Below, in pieces: positions 50,957 to 62,612 of a stretch of DNA of 64,000 nucleotides. The stretch lies in the NCBI GenBank assembly GCA_964199315.1, contig OZ116706.1, positions 27,156,001 through 27,220,000 of the forward strand, read 5' to 3'. Both the position numbers and the translations under genes were made by a program. Numbering within the stretch: position 1 is the first letter of the stretch; each line of letters starts with the position of its first letter. The stretch comes from Orbicella franksi. Taxonomy: Eukaryota. Below the pieces are notes generated by a model that did no database searches, was not told where the DNA came from, and saw only the letters and a program-made list of their open reading frames with translations.

Positions 50957-51419
50957 TCATAAAAGAACATCTTGGGTGACAGGAATTCCAGCTGGAGAAT
51001 GTTAAGTAAACTTTACATTAAAACGATTTTAGTAAAGTTTTAATTTTCCTGTTAGATGCCTGTTAACTCTGTTTACCACGCGTAGGAGCCACGTCTATGC
51101 AGTCTTTATTTGTTTTATAAGAGCAAATGACATTGAAGTGCTTTCCCGCTTGTTCGCTGACATTTGGCAACTCAGTGTTGTTCAAGTGCTCGTGTGTTCG
51201 AAAAGGCAATTCCTCTGCTATCACGACCATTGGGCCATCTTTGCCATGTTTATGTTCAAAGCGCATCAGATGTACACCTCTGTAACTCTGTAATGGTGTA
51301 GCTTTCCCGTGTAAAATCGCCGATTTTATGCGTGGTGTCTGCGAAGAACGTGCCGTGTGTCGGGTTGGTTTTTCACTGCGTGAAAATTCTACCTTGGAAG
51401 CCTGGCGTTTTTGTGACAT
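50957..51419 (-). CDS. Orphan putative 2-exon gene, ~125 aa, unknown function
   Basis: The 118-codon ATG ORF at 51419-51063 contains a donor G|GTAAAC at 51076. A phase-matching acceptor ttctccAG gives a terminal exon 50991-50957 (AGIPVTQDVLL*). No homology recognised. Confidence 0.3.
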
Positions 51420-54400
51420 TAAGTTGTGTAACTACGAGTAGTTCGGCACAAAATGGCGTTAATTAGCCTCGGTTTATCTTTGAAAATTCTCAATTGTGTT
51501 GAGAATTATTTTGGCGATGTCGGAATTGTATTCGCACTGTGAATCAACAACGACAATGTCTGAACTTTTCACACGTCTGGAGAAAGTTCCACCAAGGGTA
51601 ACATAGTGTTGTCTCTACTTTGGCAATAGCTTGTAACCTTCACGTTCGCTTTGCTAGTTTTACTTTGCACAACAAAGCTACAAAAGCTAAACCGCTGAAA
51701 TTGGTTCCAGGTTGCTTAGTGATATGAAATCATCAGCAGGTGGGGGACGTCTCATTAGATCTTTAATTTGCATACATATTGAAGATTCCCCTGTTTACAG
51801 AAGAGTTTTGCATGCAGAAACACCTTTATGGTGAAAATCACCTGCGGTTTATTCTAATAATTTTTAGATTTAGGGTTGAATTGTGCGAAAAAATTGTGAA
51901 CTTGCGCGAGAAACATTTCGCGTTATGAGGCATTGAACTTTCAGTATTCTGTTATAGCGCAGATAATGTTTACCTTTTCTCCTGAGAAAAAAAATCGGCG
52001 GATTTAATTGTTGCGATTTTTGAGGAATCTTGAAAACAATAAAGGAAACTGAAAAGTGACGAAAGTAAAAAGAAAAGCGTACGATAATTGTTGTCTGAAC
52101 GTTACATGTATAATTCTGTGAAGTTTGTGGTCCTCCTTCCAGACGAAAACAAAAATCTCATTTGAATTGTTTTTTTTTCTTGCAAGCCTTTATAATATCA
52201 AACGGAGCCCGAAAATTAATGTCATCGAGGTTTTCGTAATGACACGAGTTTCAGGCTTTGAGTAGTTGTCAACACGACGAAGCAAAACTTAGTTTACCCC
52301 AGATTTCATAGTAATATGGAAAAAGCCGTTGATGATTGGCTAAGGACAGCCACAGGCATCCCACTCCTGCTGAGTCAAAATGCAAAGTTTGCTTGGCAAC
52401 ATCAGTATAAATGAATTGAAATTACCTTAAATCCAACCAGCGGTGGCTTAACATCACAGAAAACATCACAGTATTCCCAAAAAAGTTTAGAACGAAGAAT
52501 TATGTAACCTTCCCATTGCGCGTCACAATGTGATTGTGGGGTGCCTGTGTTGTTGCTAAGTAACAAATGACGTATTGTATTTGGGGCTTTGTTTCTTCTG
52601 CATGTCTTGTGTGAGCGATGGGAAATCTCGTTAAACCTTTTGTTCATTATTTTTGTGGGGTGTTCAACTAATGTATATTTTTGTCTTTAATCCTGTGATA
52701 ACAATATTTATACTACCAATCTAATTACATTTTCGGAGCTGCACAAAAATATTTATCAAAGAGGAAGGAAAATAGAATTTCAAATTTAAAAAAGCAAAAC
52801 CAAACCAAAAATAAAAAAACAGTAATGGGTTGACACCCAGAACAAAGGGAAGTGTGTAACAATGTTAAATACGGTGACGGCTAAGACTGTAAACACAGAA
52901 ATGTTTTCGTCCTCTCTATGTCTAAATCCCATTACTGAGGAATGAATTATTCATATTTTGCTCAGAAAACCTCACTTTCTAATCACTACGAAAACAGCGG
53001 TATGATGTTATTTACTCAAAAAAATGAAAGGAAAATTGTCTTTGTTTTGCAGACAAACACCGATTTGATCTGTCACATCAGCACATCCGGGGTACATGAC
53101 ATATCTTCATTTTCAAACTGACCTGAGAGCGAAGGTTGACAGAGTCGTTGTTGATTCGCGTTGCTATAGAGCGCGTTTCAGGCCTCCGTAACTTTGCTTG
53201 GCTCTGGTGGATTTGATTCCCCGTTATAATTAGAGAGGAAGCCTCTCAAGTGCTCAGGTAAGCGAAATTTGCACTAACTGAACGCTCGTTTGATTTAAGC
53301 TTCCCCGTAGAACACTTAAACTTACCGTAAATTTAAATTCAGCTTTGACAACCTTCGTCGCTTACTGTGTTTTCTAATTCTGTTTCTGTGCAGTTCTGTA
53401 TTGTTTTTTGGTTACTGAATTTGGCGTCGCTCATGTCGATTCATGCACAGAAAGTTGATAACTCGCAATTCAATAAATAAATAAGCTTGCATCCTGGTGA
53501 CTATATTTAGCTGGTTTTGTGAGCCTTTGTTTGTGGCGGTTACGGTTCGATCTTTGTGCGACTGATGAAAATCAAGAAATATGCGTTCATTCGATCGTTC
53601 ATCGCTCTGCGAAAATCGTTTGAATCGGTAAATGCTCTCTCCCTTGCAAAACCGCAAAGTTTAATGCAGAGCTTTAGATTCACGTTGTGTACGTTTTCAT
53701 TTATTGTCGCGCGTAAACGTGAAGCTTAACGTGTGTGCAACTCAGCAACACATTGAAATGAATATGAAATTAGGCTTAATGACAGGCAAAATTTTCATGT
53801 TTAACTGGTTAAGTTACAAGATTTAAGATTTATATTTAGTTGAACAGTAATCTTTCAAGTTGTACATCTCAGGTTTATTTATTACAGCAGTGTTTGTGTG
53901 TTGTTAATCCCCTGGTTTGGTTTTCTTGATAATTGTTTTTATTGTCCGGCCACAACGTTAAATTATTCCTTTTTGTGGCAATTCCCTGGGGGTCATTGAC
54001 AATGATTTGTTTGCCTCGCTTGAGTAGGCGCGATCTCGTCCATAATATTTAATAGTGAAACCCTTAGGGAAATCTTATCAGCTGACAGCAATATATCAAT
54101 TTGGTTAACTATACTGTGCTTCTATAATAACTTTTAAGTTCTTTTTCACGCGAACATATATTTTTCATACCCACGCTGGATATGAGCTTACGTATTTTTC
54201 TGCCGACATTAAGCCGAAAATATTCTTGTGTACATTTATAGATTACAGAGTTGAGTACATGTATTGCAGTTTAATAACGAATGTGACGAAGAATTGATTT
54301 ATCAAATAGAATACCGTGTTAAAAAGCAGAGAATTTACTGTACTTTGCAATGGCGAAAGATAGTTCATTTAAAAACACTGTGAGTTTGTTGTATTTTATT

Positions 54401-54860
54401 TCCCATCAACACGCAAAACTGTTCTTAACAAATTTCAGCCGTGGGTATATTCCTAACATATTCTCAAAATTTCACCAATTTCAGCCTCAATATTTTTGAA
54501 ACAAAAAATAATGTAGTGGTCGTGTAGCGTAATTCTTTCACAGAGAAGATTATTTTATTTTCAAAAGTATTACACCATAAAACCACAGGAAAGCTCACAC
54601 GAGAAAAAAATCAAAATGTAACGAGTCTTGGGATGTTGTGCGTCGCCATGGTGATGTAGAGATGGTTGTAAAATTTGCAAGGGCATAGTAATTGACCTTG
54701 CTTCACAATTTATTTTCTCAGAAAAACAAAATTTGGGTCTGTGGAATGACCGAGTTGAATATTGGCTGCAATACTACCAACTCCCTCCTTCATCACCACG
54801 GAACGATAACGTAAACTGAATCACTCTGAAGCCTCCAGATTTCAACATCGAGTCGAGTTC

Positions 54861-55469
54861 ATGCGTAATTTTCCAAGCGTCGATTCAACAACTCTACCTC
54901 GCATCTCACAAATTGACTGCTTGCCCCAGAGTCGCGTGAATCCAGACGAGTTCGAGCAGAAGCGAAGGGCTGACAAAATAGAAGAACACAAAAATCAAGT
55001 CATGTCTCAAGCAGCCGCGTTGAAAGAACAGAGCTTTGGCCACAAACGGACTCAATATCCCTCGGGGGTCTTGCCTCCGATTTCACAGATATCCATGGGG
55101 GGAAGGCAGCTCCCTGCGGACGGAAGCACCCAGGGAGGCTTGAAACTTCCCCCTATTTCTCAAGTGAGCTGTCTAGGGGGATTCGTGGATGACAAACACG
55201 TAGTAGTGAAGCAATCAAAGTCTCGGATCCGAGAGACCGATTCTGACTTCATAAGGCTGTCCAAAGCAGGAGGTCAGAAGAATCTGCTCCATTACATGGA
55301 AGCTAATTCCACGCCGCGCGCGGACGCCACCGACGCGAGCGTGACTCCTCGCACGCGTTACCTTCCCGGGTTCACTTCGGAGGCAGACCCAAGATGGCGT
55401 CCATCCCACTGGTCGGACTTCTCGCGTCGAGGACAAGCCAGAAGCGATCACAGACTTATATGGAGGTAG
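54861..55469 (+). CDS. C7orf57-like (DUF5524-type) protein, diverged paralog 1, 202 aa
   Basis: Single ORF containing RIRETDSDFIRLSKAGGQKNLLHY (recalled C7orf57 core [21 protein letters not shown]) and three LPxISQ motifs. Possible non-coding exon ends at donor 53257; acceptor at 54721. The C-terminal half of the family is missing. Confidence 0.7.
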   Translation: MRNFPSVDSTTLPRISQIDCLPQSRVNPDEFEQKRRADKIEEHKNQVMSQAAALKEQSFGHKRTQYPSGVLPPISQISMGGRQLPADGSTQGGLKLPPISQVSCLGGFVDDKHVVVKQSKSRIRETDSDFIRLSKAGGQKNLLHYMEANSTPRADATDASVTPRTRYLPGFTSEADPRWRPSHWSDFSRRGQARSDHRLIWR

Positions 55470-55899
55470 ATAAATGCGAGAACTGACTTATATAGAGGTA
55501 GATAAATGCATGCGAGAACTGACTTACCAACAAATGCTGGCGTAAAAAGCTTATTCATATGCTCTTCGACTGTTTCAAGATTTTCTTACTTGGAAAGTTT
55601 CATTGCCTTTTATTTTGATAAAGTAACAGTAGCCCGTTCTAACGAACAATAACTGAACAATATACCTGATTTTTGTCTCATTACGTGTAAAATATGACAA
55701 AATTGAGTGAATGATAAATATCTGTTCTTTGTATCAGAGTTTACGTGAAGTATTTCCTCCATCAATGCCCCGTCCGCGTATTTCAAATTTTAGGTTTCCC
55801 TTGGTCAATCTCCAGGACTGAATCAGTTTTATCTTGATAAAATTTTATTTTTGACAAAAAATAACCTGGATTAGTCCCGCCTTCTCTTACCTCAATTCT

Positions 55900-56330
55900 T
55901 GTAGTTGTACGAGTTTACATTTGAAATTCCATGTTTTATACCGGTGTTTATTCAAGGACGGGCGCTCAATCGACAAATTACGCGTTTTCTTTCGTCTAAA
56001 TCACTGTACATTCCTATTAAGGTGGGTAATCTAAGGGCCGTTGTAGACAAATCAACGATAGCAGAACTCAAACAATTTCCTTGGTTAGTTTTTTTCTGAA
56101 TATTATCCAAACAATGTACTGACATCTGCGGTAGACCGCGGCTGCAGTCAGTGTGATGGACTGGACGCCAGTCACAAGAGGTAGTTGTTCCACTAAATGG
56201 TTCAAGTTATTAAAAGTTTTTGAAAAATTAGATGTACCGATCAGGATGTAAATACTGTTTAAATAATAGATAAAATCATGTATGTCCAAGACGTTTACGT
56301 AATAAAATTACATTTTACATGCCAGAGGTG
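55900..56330 (-). pseudogene. Degenerate class-A (rhodopsin-like) GPCR fragment, TM2-ECL2
   Basis: Reads ...GVQSITLTAAAVYRRCQYIVWIIFRKKLTKEIV*VLLSLICL (TM3 S..TL.AIAVDRY.AIV pattern plus TM4), then after a frameshift ALRLPTLIGMYSDLDERKRVIC (end of TM4, ECL2 Cys). Stops and frameshift present. Confidence 0.5.
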
Positions 56331-56520
56331 GAATTCGTTTTGTTGTCTTGAAAAAATTGAAGCTAGCCTCCTGAAGCGCGCGCAAAAAAAGTACGCGATA
56401 CCAAACCTATATTTCTGTCTTCTTTTTTCCTTCTTATTGTGCATATCTTCTTTGATAGTTCAAACAGTTGTTTTTGACCTTGTTCTTTATTGCAAATAGT
56501 GCTATCATCTCTGTCATGCA

Positions 56521-56795
56521 TTTGATTAGCAGGGTCAGCCCCTCACAAGCTATGATGAATTTAGGATTAACTCGAATTAACTTGTAATCATCTTGCCATG
56601 TTTCTTTGATTTTGCGTAAACAGCTGTTCATATTTCAGGCAATAAGAATTCTCTGTTATCCTTTTGATTTGCAGGGTTTACTGCTTCGCAAGCTTTGATT
56701 AACTTAGGATTAACTCGAATTAACTTTTAATCGTCTTGCCATGTTTCTTTGATGTTGTGTAAACAGTTGTTACGCTTTCAGGTAACAAGAATTCT
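56521..56795. repeat. ~142-bp diverged tandem duplication
   Basis: tttgatt.gcagggt...ttaggattaactcgaattaactt.taatc.tcttgccatgtttctttgat...aagaattct occurs twice. Confidence 0.85.
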
Positions 56796-57193
56796 TACTG
56801 ACTTTGCGTCACTTCACGCTACTTTGCATGCAAGCGACTTGCAATTGTTCGTTTCTTAGCAACAAACTAAAACTTAAATAGAAACTCAAGACACGATCTT
56901 AAATAAGACCGAGCTATGCTGATCTCAATTATTGGTTCACAAACTTGCCCCACATTGCAAAACAAAAACCAAAAAACTTTCCCCTAAGCCAGTCTTTACC
57001 CGCGAGGGCATCCTTCTTTTTCAGTCCCTGTTAGTCAGTCGAAGTCGATCAAACCGGTCATTGGCTTAATATTGTAATTTGGCTTAGTCGCGAATTGCCG
57101 CGTTTACATCGGTTTACGTGGTTGTTTTCCTGAAGAAATTCTGCCCAAATTCTGGATGAATAAATAGAGCATCGTTTGTTAGTCGTATCGCTT

Positions 57194-57561
57194 AAGTCCT
57201 GTCCACACTACGCTAGAGGAATTTGAAAACGCAGCTACGGTTAGGTCTACCGTTCACACAAATCCGGACCGAAAACGGAGCTTTTCGACTGAACGCTCTT
57301 CAAACTGGATAAATTTGAAAACGCTTGCTTTGCATTTTAGGGTGGATGGAAAACATTTTGAAAACGGAGCTTTTTGAAGACGATGACGTCACGATAATCA
57401 CGTGATTTCCCTTCCCGAGTTTTCCTCAAACACCAATCCGAAATGACTGTTGATTTTTGCGTTTTCAAATTCCTTCGGCGTGGTGTGGACGGAAAACATT
57501 TCATGTGCTTTCAGAGTGAAACCTCCGTTTTCAAATTCCTCCGGTGAAGTGTGGACGAGGC
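57194..57561. mobile_element. Harbinger-like MITE (gtccacactacg family)
   Basis: Colinear with 50350-50728; TIRs gtccacactacg / cggtgaagtgtggac. Confidence 0.8.
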
Positions 57562-58826
57562 TCTCAGTTTTAGATCCGGGATGTCACGTGACGCGACAGG
57601 TTTTAATGAATATCGCCGGAGTGCAAATGCAACATCTGTCGTTTTTACGAAAACTGTGTCTTCTTGTGAGGGTGAATTCTTTGATCACAAACTTCAGAAC
57701 CTAATGATGAAGTTAGCAAACTTGCGGTTATTGAGCAAGGTACTAATTTCTACGCACATCTGAACTAAACAAACCAAAGTTTTATAAGACTGCGAACGAA
57801 AAAAAATTAAACAAATGTAAATTTTGTAACAAGCCGGCCCCCACAGCTAAACTTCAATATAATTGGTTCTGCTCTCGCTACTACCAATTAATATTTAGCT
57901 ATTATTTCCTAGCGGACGCCGAAAATGTTAAGCACATCATTAGAGGCCGTGCTATTCAAAACAACGCTTCGAACATATATCATTAACAATTAATGTAACC
58001 AAATTACCTCGGTTAGATTGTTATCCATTAAAGAACGTCACGTTTTGTTGCGGCATGCAGTTTTAGTGGAATTTACGTCATAATTACGCTGATAAAACGA
58101 CCGCAAATTATCGCGCGCGCTCTTTGTGTGAATTTAGTGATGAGAAAAAAGGGACTACAACCGAATTTAAACTGTAAGTGACCATGAAAATTGAGATTTT
58201 ATTAGGCTGTTTAGCTAAGCTTTAAATCTGAACGTGTTGAAGCGATGAAGGCATTACTTGAGAAGAAATGTTTTGTTTTAATCACAGCTTGTAATCACTA
58301 AGTCGGCAGATGGTGTTTATACATTCCGTGGAAATCTTTACCAAAAATTTAACGTTTGGTCCTTAAAATCGTAGACGCATGTTTACTTACATTTCTTGAT
58401 TTTAATTGCATCAGTTCTAATCTTGCTTGATTTCAAGCGCTAATGAGCAACTTAGATAAATCTTTAATGGGAAACTTGCTGCTTCACTTGAATCGCATTC
58501 AGTTTCATTTTAAGCTGTGTGTTACAGCCGCATCGTTTTTATAAAACTTCAAGCTTCAAGTTTGGCATAAAACCGTCCGTAATGTGTTTACAGTTTTTAC
58601 AGTTTGCGGTCGCCAATTTTTTCCATCACTTGCCAAACTTAGATAAACATACTGACTTAAACTTCCTATGGAATAATTGATCACGTCTGGAGAAGTTTAC
58701 ATTTCCAGAACGCTCGCAAACGTTGGCCCAAGTTCATGAGATAACTTTCGTCTTATCAATAAATCAATCTCCCCAGGTCGTTTATTAGAATAACTGGTTT
58801 ATAGAACGTTTGCTCGTAGTGTTGAA

Positions 58827-59630
58827 ATGGTGAAGCCCTTTTACAAGCCGTTGGACAGACCAGAAAACGAAGAAATATGGTATTGTTACTATGTTCCGAG
58901 TAAAAGAAAGGAAAGGAAAGACTCAAAACCAGTACAGCGAATTCCTATTTCACAAGTACCAGATTTAACAAAGGAGGCGCCAAAGGAAAGCACAGAATTG
59001 AAAGAGAAGAAGAAATTCATTCGCATTCTAGAGACCGACTCTAAATACGTGAAGTTGGCGAAAGCAGGAGGAAGAAAGAACCTTCTATGCTATCGAGAAA
59101 ACGAAAGGAAGAACACGACACCAAAAGAGTATCAGGTGCCAGAATGGTATTACCATGACGACGGTACAGACAAGGAAGTCGAACTAAGCGAGGAGGAGAA
59201 GTATAAGAGGTACAAAGTAACGTATGGAAAGCGAAGTTACAAGACGTTGATAAAATCGAAAGTGTACGAACGTCCAGATTACATGATTCATTTAGAGCCG
59301 GAAGAGTTACGACTCTCCTTGGGGGAATCCGACCGGATTCCAGATCGTCCTATATTCGGGTATGATAGCTTTTCGATTTGGAAGCGGGACGAGGTGGAAA
59401 AATCGGACAAGCTTCCTTCTTTGGTGGAAACGGACGAGGGAAAAGAAAAGGGTGACCACGGTTCGGCGAAGCTGGAAGCCCTGGTTAAGAGAAAGAAGAA
59501 GAAGAAGGTCAGGCTACCAGCGACTGTGAAAAACTCGCCGATGTCCGGCCACAGAAAGATTGCTAGCTCCGCTGGTTACGCAACCCGATGGCATGAAAAG
59601 TGGTATGTCGAGGCTGTGCGGAAATCTTAA
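58827..59630 (+). CDS. C7orf57-like protein, paralog 2, 267 aa, intronless ORF
   Basis: Colinear matches to recalled C7orf57 motifs: WYCYYVPSKRK, PISQVPDL, ETDSKYVKLAKAGGRKNLL, YQVPEWYYH, PDYMIH, FGYDSFSIWKRD, KKKVRLPA, SSAGYATRW. A donor-like TG|GTATGT at 59603 could alter the last ~9 aa. Confidence 0.85.
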   Translation: MVKPFYKPLDRPENEEIWYCYYVPSKRKERKDSKPVQRIPISQVPDLTKEAPKESTELKEKKKFIRILETDSKYVKLAKAGGRKNLLCYRENERKNTTPKEYQVPEWYYHDDGTDKEVELSEEEKYKRYKVTYGKRSYKTLIKSKVYERPDYMIHLEPEELRLSLGESDRIPDRPIFGYDSFSIWKRDEVEKSDKLPSLVETDEGKEKGDHGSAKLEALVKRKKKKKVRLPATVKNSPMSGHRKIASSAGYATRWHEKWYVEAVRKS

Positions 59631-62340
59631 ATAAAAAAAACTGTATAGCAAGGAGTTATTTAATATTCAAGCAAGTAGGTAGAAACTAAGGAGAGTTTCC
59701 ACGGTGCATTTAACAAACAGGATATGACCAGCCTGGTCAATGCACCATTGTCTATGGTAGATCATATATTTGCTTCAGGCAATTTAGACTTTAGTGCTGG
59801 TTGCTAGTGGGATACCTTCGTGCTATCAAAGTTTTTTTCTCGTTGAGTTTTGTATATAGTTTTCTCTGAGTCAGTTTTTTGTTATTAGTTTGTCTTTCTG
59901 TACGCGAACAATCGCTACGTGAAGCACAGCAACATACAGTCATTGAAGCTTTAAAAGCTCCAGACTTTTAACAAGAAACGCATAAAAGATTAAAAATACT
60001 GTTAAATTGTTTAACACCGAGTGTTTGGAATGCATGTGGATCTTCGATTTAAATCATCTTTTTTTTACACTTATTCTGAATCCAAGAATATCTTGTATAC
60101 ATCGATATTTCCTTCGACTAAGCCTGGTGAAATCGAAAGACAAACTGTAACAATAAGGTAACCTCTAGGTAGTTCAGTTAATCAGTGTTGTAAACATGAA
60201 AAAAAAGAGTATGATATCAAAGTCAGCACAATCCACTGGAGATATAAATATTATTTTATCTTCAGATGAATGTAACGTAGAATGATTTCGGTGGGATAAA
60301 ATATTAACAATTTCAGTAGTGTGGTCAAATGATCCTCTCCAATTCAATACCGGCTCGCTCAGTCGAAGACTGACAAAGCACCAACCTCGTCCCCAGGGTC
60401 TTCTCCTTGACGATTTTTAAAATGGCGGCTCGTCATGTAGTTCATACATGTTTCACGTCAGTTTTCGCATGCTTGTATTGATGAAACCTTTCGTAAAGAA
60501 TTGCTGACTTTAAACGTGCGGCTCTAGGAACATCTAGAACAAAAACGTGCCGTTTGTCGCCATGGAGACAGACGGCAATTAAGTGAGATTGTGATTCGAT
60601 CTCAACCGTGAAAAATTTGGCCTAGTTTTGTATACTTCTGCATTCCCGGAGCTTTCGAGAGTTTTCGACTGTACACTGAATACGTGAAACGACGGGCAAA
60701 TGATAACAAGAATTCATAAACAATGTTTGTTTGGTTTTCTATCTTTATGTAAGAAGTTTTAAAAGATCCGCTTTGCATTAGACGCATAATTTACAATGAG
60801 TCTTAGCCATGTCAAAAATGCAGCTAAAATTGGATCTCTTAACCACAAGTCGCGTACAACAATTCAGAGCATTCTTCAGGTCAAAATATTAGTTGAAACA
60901 CAAAAACCCTAGCGCGTTCTAGGCTGAGCCGTGGAAAAAGCAGGAACAAAACATCCATTATTGCAAAAACGGGTTTCCTTGTAACAATTTCAACCAACGC
61001 AAACTGACTCAGAAAAATGGTGTAAAATGAAAAGTAGAACAAGGCAATTTGGCTAAACTGATTATCACCAACAGTGAGTAATATCACACGCCAAGACGAA
61101 ATATCGCGCGAGTGTTTTGATGTTAGTTATTGAATGTTACTCAGCTCAAACTAAAGTTAATTGTTTTTGTTTAAAGTATTCTTAATTAACCGAACTTAAA
61201 TTGAGGCGAATGAAAAGGAGAAGGAGAAGGCAATGCTTCGCCATATAGAATGGAACAAAAGAAAACACTCTCTGTGATGAAAACAGCCAGGGGCAGGGTA
61301 AGATAAAACGAGGAGCAACTTGAAATCTTGTAAAAGGTCGATTAATACATTGAAATATGCAAGCTATTGTCAAAATTTGTAATTACCTGTAGGCTAAACA
61401 GTAAGAATTCAAAATATTTCGTCAAATATAAGAAATCATGGACGCAAAGGGTAATTGTTAATATAGCGAGAATGGAAAAGTTAGCCTCGATTAGCGCACA
61501 CTATTCCTTTCAAACCGCTAGCTACTCGAGTTTTCAGAGCCGTTACTGCATGCTAGAGTAAAGAAGACAGTGTTTGCACTTTGTTCAAGAGACAATCATC
61601 GTGTCTTGCTTTGTCATAATTGCGCGCAGAAATCGAGATTCGTAGGGTATGTGTACCTCCCATATCGCACGCAAACGCTCTTACATATATATACGTTGTT
61701 TTACCGAATTATTGTGCAAAATATTGCATTGATTGTTAGTAGCTATAATTTTCAGTAGCCGGTGGTTGCGCTTGGTTGATAAGCGCCAAAAAGATGCCAA
61801 ACAACTACCCACTGTCTCCGGAATAGTTCAGATTATTGTCCTTGACCTTACATTTTAATTTAATCCTAGATGCCTGGGTATCCGAAACTTGTTTTCATTC
61901 AGTATCAAGAAAAATGCTGAACTTCAATTGTGGGCGAGCTGGCGTAGCATCCTGGGTGGTGTAGAGAAGCGTTTATGACCATTTTGCGCTGTTATTTCTT
62001 GCACGTGCGTTTAACAATATTGGCTTAGTGCATTACTAAAACTTCAAAACAACATTCTTCTTAATTAAGACGGCCGTTTTCAAAATAAAAGGTCGGAAGC
62101 CCGTCACGGTGTCAAATTTATTAATTTCCAAAGAAAGCGAAGTGCTTGCTCTTTTTCGTTGCACACAAAATAGTAAGCACAAATATACTGTAAAGAATGG
62201 AGTGTTTCACTAAATGTAATAACATGGTCGTTAAAATGGTTGCTATTTAAAGATATCGTAAAAATAAAATCGCGGTTTAATATCCGGTGCCGTCATAAGA
62301 AATGTCCGGCCCACTTCACAGTATTTCAATTAATTACTGA

Positions 62341-62612
62341 CAGCGTCTGTCCACACTACGCCGGAGAAATTTGAAAACGCAGCTACCATCCACCCCAATC
62401 CGTCACGAAAACGGGGCTTTTCGTAAAAGATGGCGTCACGATAATCACGTGATTTCCCTGACCGAGTTTTCCTCAAACACAAATCCAAAATAACCGGTGA
62501 TCGTTGCGTTTTTAAATTCCTCCGGCATAGTGTGGACGCAAAACATTTGATGCGCTTTCAGAGTGAAACCTCCGTTTAAAAATTTCTATTGCGAAGAGTG
62601 AATGTGGCCTTA
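62341..62612. mobile_element. Harbinger-like MITE (gtccacactacg family), internally deleted
   Basis: Shares ends and internal gtcacgataatcacgtgatttccc block with 50350 and 57194 copies. Confidence 0.75.

Larger units (their letters stand above)
49892..60569. promoter_or_regulatory. Cluster of RFX X-box-like motifs
   Basis: GTTGCTTGGCAAC 49892, GTTGCTTAGTGAT 51711, GTTTGCTTGGCAAC 52387, GTTGCTAAGTAAC 52552, GTCGCCATGGTGAT 54642, GTTTCTTAGCAAC 56851, GTCGCCATGGAGAC 60556. Confidence 0.45.
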
